DNA of 63,983 bases, filler included, from Octopus bimaculoides (GCF_001194135.2; 6 parts of 6 records of this genome joined end to end with filler, not necessarily neighbours in it), one strand, 5' to 3'; shown: positions 1-13,936, numbered from the whole stretch's first letter. A program made the numbers and translations. Notes: a model not told the origin generated them from the letters alone.

Positions 1-2515
1 ATCTGCAATCTGGGAATTTTTTTTACACATTCGGAATCTCTGCAGTTGAAAAGGTGGGTAACTCTGCCATTTTGAACTTTTTTCAAAATTTTTTTTTCAA
101 TCTACGTGGAAAAATAAGGAGATTAAGAATATGGAGGTGAGGGAGTGGGGGACATTTTAATTTCAAATTTTTTATGAAAAACTCCAAAATTGATCAGCAT
201 CACCCCATTCTGCAGTCTACAAGTGAAAATGAACAGTCGTTTAGTCCATTTCTGCATGTGTAGCTTTATAGTGAAACAGCAAAAGGAGCACAAAAACTTG
301 ATATGCTAAAAATAACAGCTAAATGTCTGGAGAATTTTTGTGTTTGTGTGTGTGTGCATGCAACAATTTCTACAGCTTATCCAAATGAACAAAGAAGCAC
401 ACAGAAATATATTTTACATACCTGTCAATGTGTATATATACTAACTGGTGTGCCTGGTAATTCCGAGGGTAAAGATGTTCTATTGAAACGCCTTATTATC
501 TGATATAAGAAAGTAATTTCATTATACCTGCCACCAAAGGTGTATTGCGAAGAGGTACAAAAAACTGTCAGCTGGAGGAGGGAGAGATTGTTGGAGGTTG
601 GTGAGAGAGTACTCTAACTTGTCGTAGCATTTTAAAGGTGAACTTTATGAAGGCTAATTTATTAAAGGTAATATATAAATGTAGTATTTATGTTTATAAA
701 TATATGAATGAAGTGTTTAATATTTAAGAATGAAATGAAGAAAGTGCAGTAATAACTCTCACACTCACTGATGGTCACTCTCACATATTGTTGAGAACAA
801 ATGATTTTGTTGGAGGTCTGTTACCTCCATTACAGCCCCTGGTGGCCTAGAAGAGGTTAGAAGGATCAAGTGGCAAAGACATTCTGCTTAGTGAAGGCAT
901 CTGGGAAATGTATGACTGCTGTCATTCACAGAAAACTATTGTTTTACCATGAGAAAAGCACTGTTGAAGTGTTAAGTGAAATTTGGCATGCTATGCCTGC
1001 ATGAAGCCACAACAAATACGTTGTGGAATAAAAAATTTATCTACTGTCATGAAAAAAGTGTAACTGTAAAAATGCAGTACGTATGTTTAGAAATGTATGA
1101 ATGAAGTCTTTAATGTTTAAGATTCAAAGTGCAATGATGATGTTTAGCAGTTCAAAACTGTGAGTAGTGAGATGCAAAATTAGGTCGAGTAATCATGAGA
1201 ATCAAATATTGATCACTTTGTTAAAATCTGCAGGTGGTATGGGTTATTTCCCTTGGGTTGTTTAAATAAAATATTAGTAATATGTAGTAGATAGGAAGAT
1301 CCATTGGGAGGGCACTTATCGATTTTTTTTTCAACAATCTAAGTATGTCATGAGGTTTCCAGACGTGAGTTCTACTCACATGTCAAATAAAGTATAAAAG
1401 TGATATTGTCTGCAAAAATTAGAAATTTGATACACTAAAAATCAATATTCAAAGTAATCAAACATAAACAATGAAACCTGTAAAATATTTCAAAATTCTA
1501 TTGTATGAACTGTAAATAAACAATAAATATTATGATTTGTGAAATAAGTATAAGTAATACAGGGTATCCCAACTGAATGTGGTGTGGAAGTGTGGTTTCA
1601 TTTTTTAAGCATTCAAAGTATGAGTTCATTGTAATGGGACACACTTATTAAATACGTACTGGAATCAAAAATTTATGTACTATCACTGAAAAATTTTAAC
1701 TGGAAAAATTGCAGAATTATTGGAGTTATGGGCATTGAAAGTGTATGTGCATCAAGAAAGTGCAATAATAAGGTTTAGCAGTTGAAAACTGTAAGTAGTG
1801 AAATGCAGAATTAGGTCTGCTGATCGTGGGAATCAAATATCGATTGCTTCGCTAAAAACTAACAACTGTAAATGCAGGTGCTATGGGTTATTTCCCTTGA
1901 ATGTTTAAAACATACTGTGTAGGTGCTATGGGTTATTTCCCTTGGGTGTTTAAAAAAAATTAGTTATATAAGGTAGATAAAAAGATCCCTTGAGGGGCTG
2001 TGTTATTGATTTTTTTTCAACAATCTAAGCATGTCACAAGGTTTCCATGTCACAAAAATCAACAAACAGGAGAAGCACTACAAAACAAAGATGCACCATG
2101 TGACAGTACGACTTCATCTGATGATGCTGGTCGGCAGACTGATGCCTGAGGGTTGCATCAAATGGCTTCTAGTGGTGGAAGCCTGAACTTCAACAGGCTT
2201 GTCTCACAGAACATTTCTAGTTACTTTTGGATACCCCCTTGTATAAACTCACCTATCTTTACCTCTGTACAATGTTGTTTCTCCACACTCTAGTCTAAAT
2301 TAGCAAGGCAAGATGTATCTTGATATTTGGGCAGACTTGCATTCCTTTATACATACATCTATACTTCTGTCTTTGAGACCATTCTGATACTGTAATTTAT
2401 ATATCGTTGCAACTGAAGGCTGTATATATGTCTATATTTACATGTAGGTATGTAAATATACAAATTTGTTGCTATAATGTCCTAAATTTTAGTAACTCTA
2501 CATCTTTTGTTTCAG

Positions 2516-2746
2516 ATAAGCCATCATCTTCAGTATCCTGATGGCATAACAAATGTATATTCTTACTTTGAGAGTAGAGGCGGAAAGTTTCCCCAGACTT
2601 TGTTTTTTGGACTTCAGTACATATTAAAAAGATGGTTGTGTGGCCAAGTTGTGACCCAAGAAAAAATTGCAGAAGCTAAAGAAATTTGCCAACTTCATTT
2701 TGGCCAAGATATTTTCAATGAGGAAGGTTGGAATTACATTTTAGAA
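2516..2746 (+). CDS. NAMPT: Nicotinamide phosphoribosyltransferase, first coding exon present in window (ISHHLQYPDG...NEEGWNYILE)
   Basis: ttcag acceptor, gtaagt donor, 77 codons in phase 0. Matches the NAMPT N-terminal VYSYFExR, FFGLQY and FNEEGWNYILE motifs. The preceding TDSYK exon was not found in 1-2515. Confidence 0.97.
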
Positions 2747-3047
2747 GTAAGTTTCCATTTTATGCTAGTTGTTTTTGAAATGTTGACTATCTACTTCCAC
2801 GTTCTTTAATAACAATACTCTCTGTAATTCTTAACATTTATCTCTTTGCAGATGTGCTTGTTGTTTAGCTCCAGGTTAGCTTTGATCTAGCCATCCTTTT
2901 ATAATCAGCTCATCTTTTCATATAACCAGAATTACATTGTCCACTGTATTCCTGTTTAGATTTTGCTCTTTCTAACAGGTCAAACTACCATGTGGAGGTT
3001 GTTTCATTGAATATGTATTTGCTATATTTATTATATTCATGTAATAA

Positions 3048-3250
3048 GGAGGCAAGCTGGCAGAATTGTTAGCACGGTGGGCAAAATGCTTAGCAGCATT
3101 TCGTCTGTCTTGAAGTTCTGCTGAGGTTGACTTTGCCTTTCATCCTTCTGGGGTCAATAAAATAAGTACCAGTTGAATACTGGCATCAATGTAATTGACA
3201 AGCCCCTCCTCTGAAATTGCTGGCCTTGTGCCAAAATTTGAAACCATTAT
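3048..3250 (+). mobile_element. tRNA-derived SINE family B, decayed
   Basis: Head gctggcagaattgttagcac..gcaaaatgcttag and body gactttgcctttcatcctt..ggtcaataaaataagtacc; homologous to copies at 21.5, 28 and 39.6 kb. Confidence 0.8.
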
Positions 3251-3518
3251 CTTCATGTAATATCTTGTAATATATTTAGAAGCAAGTTTTGAAAAATCTT
3301 TGATATTTTATTTGTTTCAGTCATTAGACTGTGACTATGCTGTGGCACTGTCTTTAAGTGTTTTAGTCAAATTGGTCCCAGTTCTTATTTTTAAGTGTGG
3401 TTCTTATTCTATTGGTTTCTTTTGTTGAACCACTAAATTGCAGAAATATAAACAAATCAACACTGGCTGACAAGTGGGGGTGGAACAAACAAACACACAC
3501 ACACACACACACACACAC

Positions 3519-3650
3519 AACAGGGTTTTTTTCAGTTTCTGTTGGCCAAATCCACTTTCAAGGCCCAGGAGTATAGTAGAAGACACTTGCCTGACCCAAG
3601 ACCACATGATTGAGAAGCAAGCTTCTAAACTACACAGCTTTGCCTGTGCC
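3519..3650 (-). mobile_element. tRNA-derived SINE family A, decayed 5' half
   Basis: cagtttc..ccaaatccact..tatagtagaagacacttgcc..accacatg, shared with more than 10 copies in the window. Confidence 0.75.
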
Positions 3651-3789
3651 TATAAAAGTAATAAAATAAAAATGAAAGAATACATCTGCATTAGGTGTTT
3701 CGAAATAACTGTCAAGTTTTCAACAGTGACAGAAAGCCAACATTTTAAGTTTAGAAAAATTTGAAATAATATTCTTCAGTTAACTCTGG

Positions 3790-4205
3790 ATGTAAGCATA
3801 GCTATATGATTAAGAACTTTGTTTCCCAACTGTGCTGTTTCAGGTTCAGTCCCCACTATGTGGTACCTTAAGTTAGTAGCTTTCTGCTATAGCCCTGTGT
3901 TGACCAAAGTCCTGTGGGTGGATAGGAGTCAGAAACTGAAAGAAGCCTGTCATATATGTGTATAGATATGTACGTTTGTGTCTCTTTGTCTTGACATCAC
4001 ACAACAGTTGTAAATAAGCATCATCATAGAAATGGTGTCATTCATTGCCAACCTTCTGTGAAAATATGTTGGGCCATGGGGACATATGACTTTGTTTGGA
4101 AACAAGTGAGGGTTAGTGTCAGAAAGGGCATCCAGCCATTGGAAACCTGCCTCATTGAATTCTGTCTGATCCCTGTAAGCATAGAAAAGTGGAAGTTAAA
4201 ACAAG
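3790..4205 (+). mobile_element. SINE family A head with an alternative LINE-like 3' tail
   Basis: caggttcagtccccactatgtggtacc..gaaactgaaagaagcc followed by gaaagggcatccagcc..gcatagaaaagtggaagttaaaac. Confidence 0.65.
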
Positions 4206-5282
4206 AATGTGGTTTCCCATATATTGTTATTAATATTTTTAAAATGGAGGCTGTGTATGTGTGGAAAGCTTTTAGTATAAATGTTGAGATCACTTCTGGA
4301 TCCTCTGCTATACAGAACCTCAACAGAATTTTCAAGCTTTTTGTTTCACTATTTGATGTGCAGTTCAGTTTTTCTCAAATTGCAGGCAATGCTTCCTGGA
4401 TACAGACCTCCATTCACTATTTTTTAATTTCAAAATGTTTCCAATTGTCTGTGTTAATGTTTTCAAAATGCTCTTTGTCTGTTATAATATCTGTAACAGG
4501 TAATGCACTGTTCTGTCAGAAACTAAAATATAAAGTCATTTGGACACCTCATTAACTTCATCAAAATGTGTAAATATGACATTTATCTTTGTAGTATATA
4601 AAGGTCTTGCATGAGGTTGCATTGAATGGATCACTATCTTGTATAAGCTAAGCTGAAAGAGGTTGTTTGGAAAAAGTTTAGACTACAGAACATTAAAATG
4701 CTGAAATAGTTGAATGTTAAGTGCTGGAATCCCATTACATTTTCCTGAAGCTCTTGCTAACTCATGTGATGGCTCATAGATCTCAAAAAATTTACACCAT
4801 GTCTTGATATTTTAAACTTTAAGGCATATAAACATAAGGATTACTTTCATCATCATCATTTTTATACTCACTTTTTTCATGCTAACATGGGTTGGGTGAG
4901 GCTTATTGAAGCAGTATTCTGTAATGATGTTCTTACTATCACCAACCCTTACCTTTGTTTTGAAGTAAAGTAGGTTACCCAGTGTTCTTCTCATGTCTAG
5001 CCACTGAACTAATGGACATATTTATGAATGTTGTAAACAAACATTGCTGCTGCCCAAGCAATGTCAGTTTGAAAATGTGCTGAAGCAAATGCACTCACTG
5101 ACATCTATGACCAGCTTCTGCTCTGTTTTCTTCCAAATTTGCTTGATTTATCTTTTCAAGTACAGCAATTTGCCAGGTGTTTGGTCTCTTGTTATCTCCT
5201 TCATTAGAAATTCAGAGATCACATTTCACCATCTTGTTCCATGTCTTCCTGGGTCTACCTCTTCCACAGGTTCCTTCTGCAA

Positions 5283-5570
5283 TTAGACTGGCACTTCTTT
5301 ATCCATACACATCACATGATCATACCAGCACAGTCTTCCCTCCTGCACACTAACTCTCTTCCTAATTAGTTGAGCTGTGACCCTCTCTGTAACTTTCGTC
5401 ACTTGGTCCAGCAATTTGATACCACTAATTATTTCTTTGTAGCAGTTGACTATAATGCTGCTACACCAGTCATTGGGTATGACCCCCTTGTGAACAACCT
5501 GATTAACTATGTGGGTGACTAGACCATATCCCTCTCCACCAGAGATATTAAACATCTCGGTGGTGATTCC
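5283..5570 (-). mobile_element. RTE-type non-LTR retrotransposon RT fragment
   Basis: Translation VIPNDWCSSIIVNCYK / GIKLLDQVTKVTERV resembles RT domain 0-1. Confidence 0.7.
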
Positions 5571-5653
5571 TGATGGGCTTCATAGTTTTATCTACCAAGC
5601 TACTGTCTATTCAGATAGCTGAGTCCTCAATTTAATATATATATGTCTCTTAA

Positions 5654-5857
5654 CCCTTCAGCATTTAAACTGGCCATATATTCTACCTGTTAATGTTCAA
5701 ACCTACCATATCTAGCCTCTCACACTTACCCTACATTGTCATTCTAATAATAAATAAACATATCGTTGGACTCTGGAAGCAATAGAATAATGCATGATTA
5801 ATTCAAAACAATGTGAATAAATAAGCATTACTTGACAATAATCTGAATGCTAATGGG
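5654..5857. mobile_element. piggyBac-type MITE
   Basis: TTAA on both sides (5650-5653, 5858-5861). Imperfect TIRs CCCTTCAGCATTTAAA and reverse complement CCCATTAGCATTCAGA. Confidence 0.8.
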
Positions 5858-6269
5858 TTAAGGTGAATTGCATTCTGTGATTGAGAAGCCTTGCTGCATG
5901 CAAACATTACATTATAAGGTTCATTTCATCTAGTAGATATATTGCTCTTATGCAAACAAGATTTTCTGCATTCCTGTTCAATTTTTAAAATATTGCAATA
6001 GACACATCCTTCAGGGAATTCCACATGTGTTTGCTATGCTGTTGTGTGATGCAGTGTAAGGCAATAAATATTTAGAAGTATTAATAAAGAAAATACTTAA
6101 TGGTTAATGTACTGATCTAGGTAAAATAAATTCCTATCACACCTTTTCTGACATGAGCAGTCAAACAGTACATTTGTCTTCATAAAGTTTTTGAAATATG
6201 TATTCATTTATGTAGAAGTTTTGTATTGCAGGTAATTTTAATTTTTTACTCAGAAATCTTTTTTTATAG

Positions 6270-6515
<246 letters not shown>

Positions 6516-6729
6516 TAATGTTTTGTTTATATTCTTATTTTCAAGCATGTAGCCAGTCATAACAAACCTTAAACCTCCATTAAGGAAACGAAAAGCTACA
6601 CATATACATGTATGTATGTTTAAGTTTTGTGTTGAAGTTTTAGTTTTTGACAGGCCACCTACCTGCATCATGGCAAAATTGTCAAAAAAGTATTTCAAGA
6701 GAAAAGGAAAAGGGTCTTGTTCTTCTTGC

Positions 6730-7400
6730 CCTTCAGATTTTTAGGTCTTGCTGATTTTTATTGTACCATATATGTTGACCTGTAGTATAGGAATTAGGGA
6801 GCTGTTCTTTCTCCAACAGTCCAAGTCCAACTACACTTCCATCCAGGCAATAACTCTGAATAAGAACTGATAAAGGGAGTGATGACAGTTCTTTATGGTC
6901 AGTGGATGAGATGCTCCATTCTTCATGTGAGCAAGGAACTGGCAAAAGTTGAATATGTTGCTGTCAGTGCAGAAATGAATCTAGGCCTCCTTAGCCTCCC
7001 ATAGCTTCATGCAGGTCACTGTTGTACTTGATCTGTCTCTGGTGTAGCTACTGGAGGACAAAGAGGAACTTGAGTAGACAACCAAACCAATTTTGGATTT
7101 TCTATAGCAGTGACCATATCAAATGCTGTCATCAAGTCGATGAAAGCAGTGTAAAGGGCCAGATTTTACTTTCTGCTATTCTCCTGTATTTGGTAGATGC
7201 AATTGAAATCAGTGTGATGCCTCTGGTTTCAGCACTGACTTCTTTCTTTTGTTCATGTACAGAGACATTATTATAGTACTGTGTAGGTCTCTTGGGGATT
7301 TCCCCTTCCCCCAGCACAATGTGAAGAGGTCAGTGGTCTTCTCAAGCATGACTAGACATTCTTCATAAGACAGCAGTGAACATTAAAAATTCTGCAGAGA
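6730..7400 (-). mobile_element. Probable decayed LINE fragment
   Basis: Interrupted protein-like frames in intronic DNA; family not securely identified. Confidence 0.3.
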
Positions 7401-7899
7401 GATCCCTGTCTAACCATAATGACTATTTGAACATCAAAGCCGAATGAATGCTTTTCAAAGATGTTTGTGTAAACTTATTAACAATTTATCCACACACACA
7501 CACACACATTTTATCTTGATATTTTAACTATTCTAGGATATAAATTAATATTTATATATCTTTCAACAATGTGTATCATTGAAAGAAATAGTAATACTTC
7601 CTTCTCACTTTTGCCATCAGAAATTTTATGAATGAATAACACTGGGTAACATTTTTGAAAAAAACTTTTAGTTGTCTTGCTTTTTACAATTAATCCTACA
7701 TAATTTGATTGGTTCAGAAATTTTCTATCATGTCAAGTTTTTTGTTAAACAGGAATTCATTTTTTTACCTAAAATGTCAATGTTGTCATTAAATGCAAGA
7801 CTAAAATAAGAAACTAACACAAGCCAAATAGTACTTTTTATTGTTAAACAAATGTTTAATTACACATCTTGGAATAGATATTTCTGTCAAACTGGAGTT

Positions 7900-8700
7900 T
7901 CAGGTACTCAAGCAATGACATTCTCTTTGCTGCTTTATGTGAACAAATTGCATCATGAAAGTCTCTTTACGGTGACCTGCAGTAGACAGCATCACATTGG
8001 CGTTCCACTGGCCTTGATACCTGGTCTCCATGTTCTTGATGTCTTGGTTGAATCTTTCTCCTTGCCCATCACTTATTTCAAGGAAGTAGTGCACATTTAC
8101 ACTCATGTTGCAGCCCAGTGCTAGAAAACAGCTTAAAAGGATCTGCACAAGATCTTCATAATTTGATGAATTCCTGTTTCCCAGGAAAACAGATACAACT
8201 GCAGCAAAAGCATCCCATGATTCTTTTTCAATGCCAGACATGGTCTCCAAAAATAGCTCGTCCTGAAATAGCCACCAATTATGTGGCCCATCAAACACAC
8301 CGACCTTAATTTCCTCGCAAAGCAAAACTGGAAACTTTCTGCTTAAGCATTTGAAGCAGCCACTGTTTCAGTGTTTCAACATATCTTGCACACTCTCTGG
8401 GGCACCCAGGCTTTGTCTTGTCACCCAGTTTCATGCTTATTTCATGAAATAAGGTAAGCTTTCTTCACAAAATCAGTGATTTTATTTCACTGATTAATCC
8501 AGAAATAAGCAGAAGACATTGGGGCTGTTTTTACATTCTCTTCTCTCACAACTGGCTATATTTCTGAAACATAAAACATATTCAAGCCAGTTGTCACCTG
8601 GGAAAAGCATTTTCAGAACAGTCAACAGCTATAAAGTAAGCAAATGCAGATTTGTGATGACAAAGTTCCATAAAGAGCATACATACCATGAAGTTCTTTT
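7900..8700 (-). mobile_element. DNA transposase remnant, Chapaev/CMC-like
   Basis: IKVGVFDGP...FLGN...LGCNMSVNVHYF..SDGQGERFNQDIKNMETRYQGQW resembles the K.H..H / GERFHQDI..ME.RYQG transposase C-terminus. Family assigned from memory. Confidence 0.55.
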
Positions 8701-9576
8701 TACAGTTCTTTGACCATGCTTGATGAAAAGTGACCCTGACCTATATGACCTCACAATTAAAACAATAAGGGCACATTCAAAATACCAATTTTCATAAGAA
8801 ATGGTTTAAAAGTTCTACAAAACAGGTCAAATCTAGTTTACAATGATAGTCACATTAAGCAGAGTGTGCCCATAGCTGCAGATAAATTCCGCAAATATGA
8901 GACATGTATGGTGTCAAGGACCACAAAATATGTTGTTTCTTAATATATAATTGTATTAAGGACATTTCTGTCATCAACATGACATTTGAAACTGGCTAGG
9001 TAGAAAATCATTTACTGAAGATACTTAAATCATGACTTTTGTTTTCACCTTTGTAGTTGTGGTTACTTTAAATGATATTGCAAAATTATATTTTCAAAGT
9101 TATGTCATGTTCCATACATGGGTTCACATTTGACGAAGTCAAATCTATCCTTAGAAATGGTAACAATACCAGAAATGTTGAAAACTGGACATCTAAGTTT
9201 GTGGGAAATTTTAACATGATAGAGCAAAATGGATTTCATTTTTGAAATCAGCATCCCAGAATTAGTAGGAAACATCAGACAACAAAAACCCTGTTCCCCA
9301 GTGTAATTGATCTCTTAGAAACCAGAAATGAACAAACACTATTTTACATTGCAATTTGTAAAAAATTGCAGTGTAAAATGTATTTATAATATGTTTATAT
9401 TCATGTTTCATACTAAAGTCTACTATGAGGTAGAAAGTATGAAAAATAAATAGTTGGTATGCTAGTAATTTACATATTCTTGTTTGTGCTACTTTTGTGA
9501 TCACATATTTGAATATAATGACTGTTATATTTTAATTTAATTAACATTATTTTAAATTCTTTTTCTATTTAAACAG

Positions 9577-9735
9577 ACCTTGTTTGTCCAGTGTTGGTAC
9601 CCAATGACTGTTTCAACAGGCTCATATTTTCAGAAAATTCTATTAGCTGAATATTTAGAGAGTACTGCTGATGATTTTTCTAGCTTGCCATTCATGCTAC
9701 ATGATTTTGGCTTTCGAGGTGCCAGTTGTGTTGAG
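9577..9735 (+). CDS. NAMPT: NAMPT exon (TLFVQCWYPMTV...LHDFGFRGASCVE)
   Basis: aacag acceptor, gtcagt donor, 159 bp; WYP and LHDFGxRG motifs. Confidence 0.97.
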
Positions 9736-9931
9736 GTCAGTACATGTTATTTTGTAAATATCTACATAAAAGACATACAAATGTAAACATTTCGTTTGTA
9801 AATGTTACAGCACACGTGTATATCATTAGATCCTTCATCTAAAATCTTTAATAATAAAATTTAATAATCATTTCTGACACATTTTGTACAGGATCTTCAT
9901 TAAATTATATTTGTTCCTTTTTTTTTTTTAG

Positions 9932-10096
<165 letters not shown>

Positions 10097-12416
10097 TAAT
10101 GTTCCTTGTAGCTTTGAATTATTAGTTTTATGAGAATAGGCTATTTATAGACATTAATTTAATCCAAACTATTAAGTAAAAAGATAGCAAAAACAGTATC
10201 CTTCATAATGTCAGAATAAACCATTAAAACATTTAAAAATAAATTTGCAAAACAAGTTAGTCCAAATCATAAACTCTTTAGATACTGGGCTGTAGAAGTT
10301 TCTAAATCTCATCCTGTGTTTTCAAAATAAAGTCAATGGAGAACACATGATAACATTCATCATTGTCATCAAATAATTAAGAAGGGTGGATTGATAGGTT
10401 TGTAAGAATGTGAAAGGAAAGTGACAGGTGTAGAGGTGAGTATAATGAATGGAACAAGGGTAGTGTGGTCATTGGTAAATATCAGTATGGAGGAAGGAAG
10501 GTGAAAGAAAAGAAGTAGCTAAGGAAGTGGCAAGTGTCAATACAGGAAAGGAAGAGGGCAGCATTATAATAAATTTGTAGATAGATCAGAGAGAAAGAAT
10601 TTACAGTGACAGAGATGGTTGTAAGGTACATAGAGGTGGTTATAGTGAGTTGGGGATGAAGGTGGGAGGAAGCATTGATAGCAAATATAACAGTAATGAG
10701 AATGATAGCTAATAAGAGGGTGTAAAAGATAAGGTAATGGCAGACTAAGAAGTATCTCATACCACTGAAAGGGATGATTAGTGTGACGGGTTGCTATTGA
10801 ACATGGGGGATGGATTTTTAAAAAAAGTGGTGGTCGTGGTAGCACTACCGTAGCTAGAGTGTGTGCCACCCCTGGACCCCACAAAAAACACATATTGCCT
10901 ACAGCAAAGTGCCATCCGTAGTGGACTGTCCACCCCCACCCCGCTACGCTAGTGGGTGGTAGGAAGGTGACTGGTAACACAAAGTGGAATAAAATATGTG
11001 CATATGTTGCTCTCATATGATTATAGCAGCTGTAGTTAGAAGAGTGGAGGTGTAGGTATTAGGAAGATGAGAGGTGGGGAAGGTTTGACAGGGACAGATT
11101 AAGTACTAGGGCAGGATCCTGCAAATGTATAGATATAAACAATGCTTTTAGGACCTCACTTTCATCAAGACATGGGATTTCTTGAGTACATGGAATTACC
11201 TGTCTGTCTTTTGTCATCTCCTCTGTGAGGCTCATCTTGAGATTAGCTTTGTCTTGTTTTCCTAGATCTCTGTCTTTCACAAATTCCATTCACATTTAGT
11301 CATCAGCACTTTTGTATTATGTTCTCATTTACACACATCACATGACCATAATGGCACAGTCTTCTCTCTTACACATGACATTTGATTCCTTTTATACTCA
11401 TCCAAGAGAGAATGTTAACTTCATTCCTTTTTAGTCTTCTTTCACATGTACTCTGCATTCATAGCCAACATCTCACTACCATGTAGCATTATTGTTTGTA
11501 CCCAAGCATCTATCTTTCACTCTGAAAGAATGACCTTTCCTTATCAACAGAAGTAACAGCTCTGAACTTTCTCCATCCTGCTCATATTCTAACAACTTCA
11601 TTTTCAGAACATTCCCCTCCATTGCTAATTAGGTCATGCAACCTATCTATTGCCTTCAAGAACCTCCTGGGCATTTAAGAATTTCTATTTCTCTTGTGTT
11701 TATTGCTCCTGCACACCTGGCACATACAAAGTCTTCCATTAACCATCCTGTAATTCTGCAGTTTCTCTTGTGTATCCATAGCTTGCATTGAAAACACTAT
11801 GAAGTTTCTATCTACACCTTCCCTACATATTGAGCAGAGCTGTTTACCTGACAGGAATAGAATCCTGTATATTTTCTTGTCAACTAGAACCTTGGTCTTT
11901 GCTAAGTTAACTTGAAGGCTCTTTGATTCTAGGTTTTGTTTCCATGCCTGAAATTTATTATGGCACAACAATTTGATACCTCTGTAATTACCTCTCTCTA
12001 ATGCATGTCTGTTATCCTTGTAACAATTAACAATAATGCTGCTAGTCCATATCCTATTCCACCAGATATTTTAAGCATTTCAGTTGTGATTCCTGAGGGA
12101 CCAGGGACTTCTCCAGTCTTCATATTTTTAATTGCTTTATCATACTACTTGGCAACTAGGATAACTGGTCCATGTTAGGGAGACACTCTCCAATGCATTT
12201 TCTACATTTACTAACCTTTCAAGGTAGTACTTCAGTGCCTTTTTCTTTTCAGAATCAATAAGTTCAAGTGTACCATTATCCATCTGCACACACTTATCAC
12301 CTAAAAAACATCTCAATTCTCTGTGAAACAGTGTTTACAAGCCTCATGCTACTGACCTTCATACTGTAGAACATTGGGAAACCTTTGTCTTTTTACTTCT
12401 TCCCTTGCTAAATATA

Positions 12417-13666
12417 CAGGGGTTGGACAGAATAACGGAAACACCTTAAAATTTCAAACAAATTTATTTTAATATGGGGTAGGACCACCTTTGGCAGTAA
12501 TTACAGCCTGAATTCTACAAGTTATGGACTTATACAAAGTTTGAATTGTTTCCAAAGGAGTTTTTGTCCATCCTTCAGCTAAAACAGTCTCCAGTTCTTG
12601 TTGTGATGATGGTGGAGGATATTGACTCCTTACTTGTTTTTCTAAAATGCACCATAAATGTTCAAAAAATATTGAGATCTGAGGACTGTGGTGGCCAGAT
12701 AATATGTTCAACTTCACTAGAATGTTCCTCATGCCATTCAGTAACAATTTTAGCTGTGTGAATTGGTGCATTATCATCCTGAAAGAATGCGTCTCCCTCT
12801 GAAAACAGTTCTGCAACCATAAGATGAATTTAATCAGATAAAATGCTTAAATAGTCTTGACTATTAATTCTGTCATGAAGGGAAACCATTGGGCCAATGG
12901 ATTTCCAAGATATAGCCCCCCACATCATCACAGACCCTCCTTCATGTTTAACAGTTGGAAGAAGGCAGTCTGGGTTAAATGCTTCTTTTGGTTGTCTCCA
13001 CATGTATACTCGGCTGGTGATCAGAGAAAATAATATTCTTCCACTTCTCTAGGGACCAATTCTGAAGGTTTTTACTCCACTCTAAACACTTTGCAATGTT
13101 TGTTTTCGAAAGTAGTGGCTTTCTGATTGCAGTCCTCCTGTGAAATCCAGCTTTGTGCAGCTCCTGGCGAACAGTTTTTGTGGAAACTGGGTTCTCGAGG
13201 TGGTCATTAAGCTATGCAGTAATTTTGGGAGCTGTACTTTTGTGATCCTTACTAACAATTCACGTAAGAGTCCAACAATCCCTATCTGACAGTTTTGGTT
13301 TTCTTCCAGAGTTTTGTTTCAATAAGGAGGTCTTTTCCCTCTTTCTCAAAGGCTGTCATTACTTTCGAGACAGTACTTCTTGATACACCAAACATTTCGG
13401 CTGTTTTCGTTACACTTAGCCCCTGCGATACGAGCACCAACAATTTGACCACTTTGAAAGTTCGATAGATCTGTCATTTTAATGAATTTTAATTACCTTT
13501 TTCTTGTGATATCTGAAAAGAAACAGCAATTTTAGCAAAACATATTAAGCAACACTAATAATAAATAAAAAAACATAAAAATAAACAAGCTTTTGATGGT
13601 TTTATAGATATTTCAAAATTATGATGCTATGATGCTAGGTGTTTCCATTATTTTATCCAGCCTCTG
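12417..13666 (-). mobile_element. Tc1-family DNA transposon, 1250 bp, DD36E spacing, inactive
   Basis: TA at both ends. 30-bp TIRs CAGGGGTTGGACAGAATAACGGAAACACCT and CAGAGGCTGGATAAAATAATGGAAACACCT. FQDDNAPIH...WPPQSSDLNIF/EHLW with a frameshift. Confidence 0.92.
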
Positions 13667-13672
13667 TACCGG

Positions 13673-13936
13673 TGTTGTGGAGTGAATTGACACCCCCACA
13701 TATAACTGTCAGTGGACTGGACAAGTCTTATAAATTAATGAACCAGTAGACAGTTGAGATCGAACTGTGAGAGCGTTAGTCTCATTATTGATTCTGCATT
13801 GGAATATTGAATTGTTATTGTGTTATAATAAGATAACCAACTCTTGTTACATTGCTTATTGTTATACGGTTATATTTGATACTGTGATATATTGTTGCAC
13901 ACACACACATCATATATCATCACGGACAATATAACA
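13673..13936. mobile_element. Probable solo LTR, 264 bp
   Basis: TGTT...AACA termini and imperfect 5-bp flanks accgg/accta, where the RTE reading predicts acctg. Confidence 0.6.

Noticed and set aside
1-2515. Search for NAMPT exon 1 (..LxTDSYK)
   Set aside because: No such codon string with a donor site was found; exon 1 is presumably upstream of the window.
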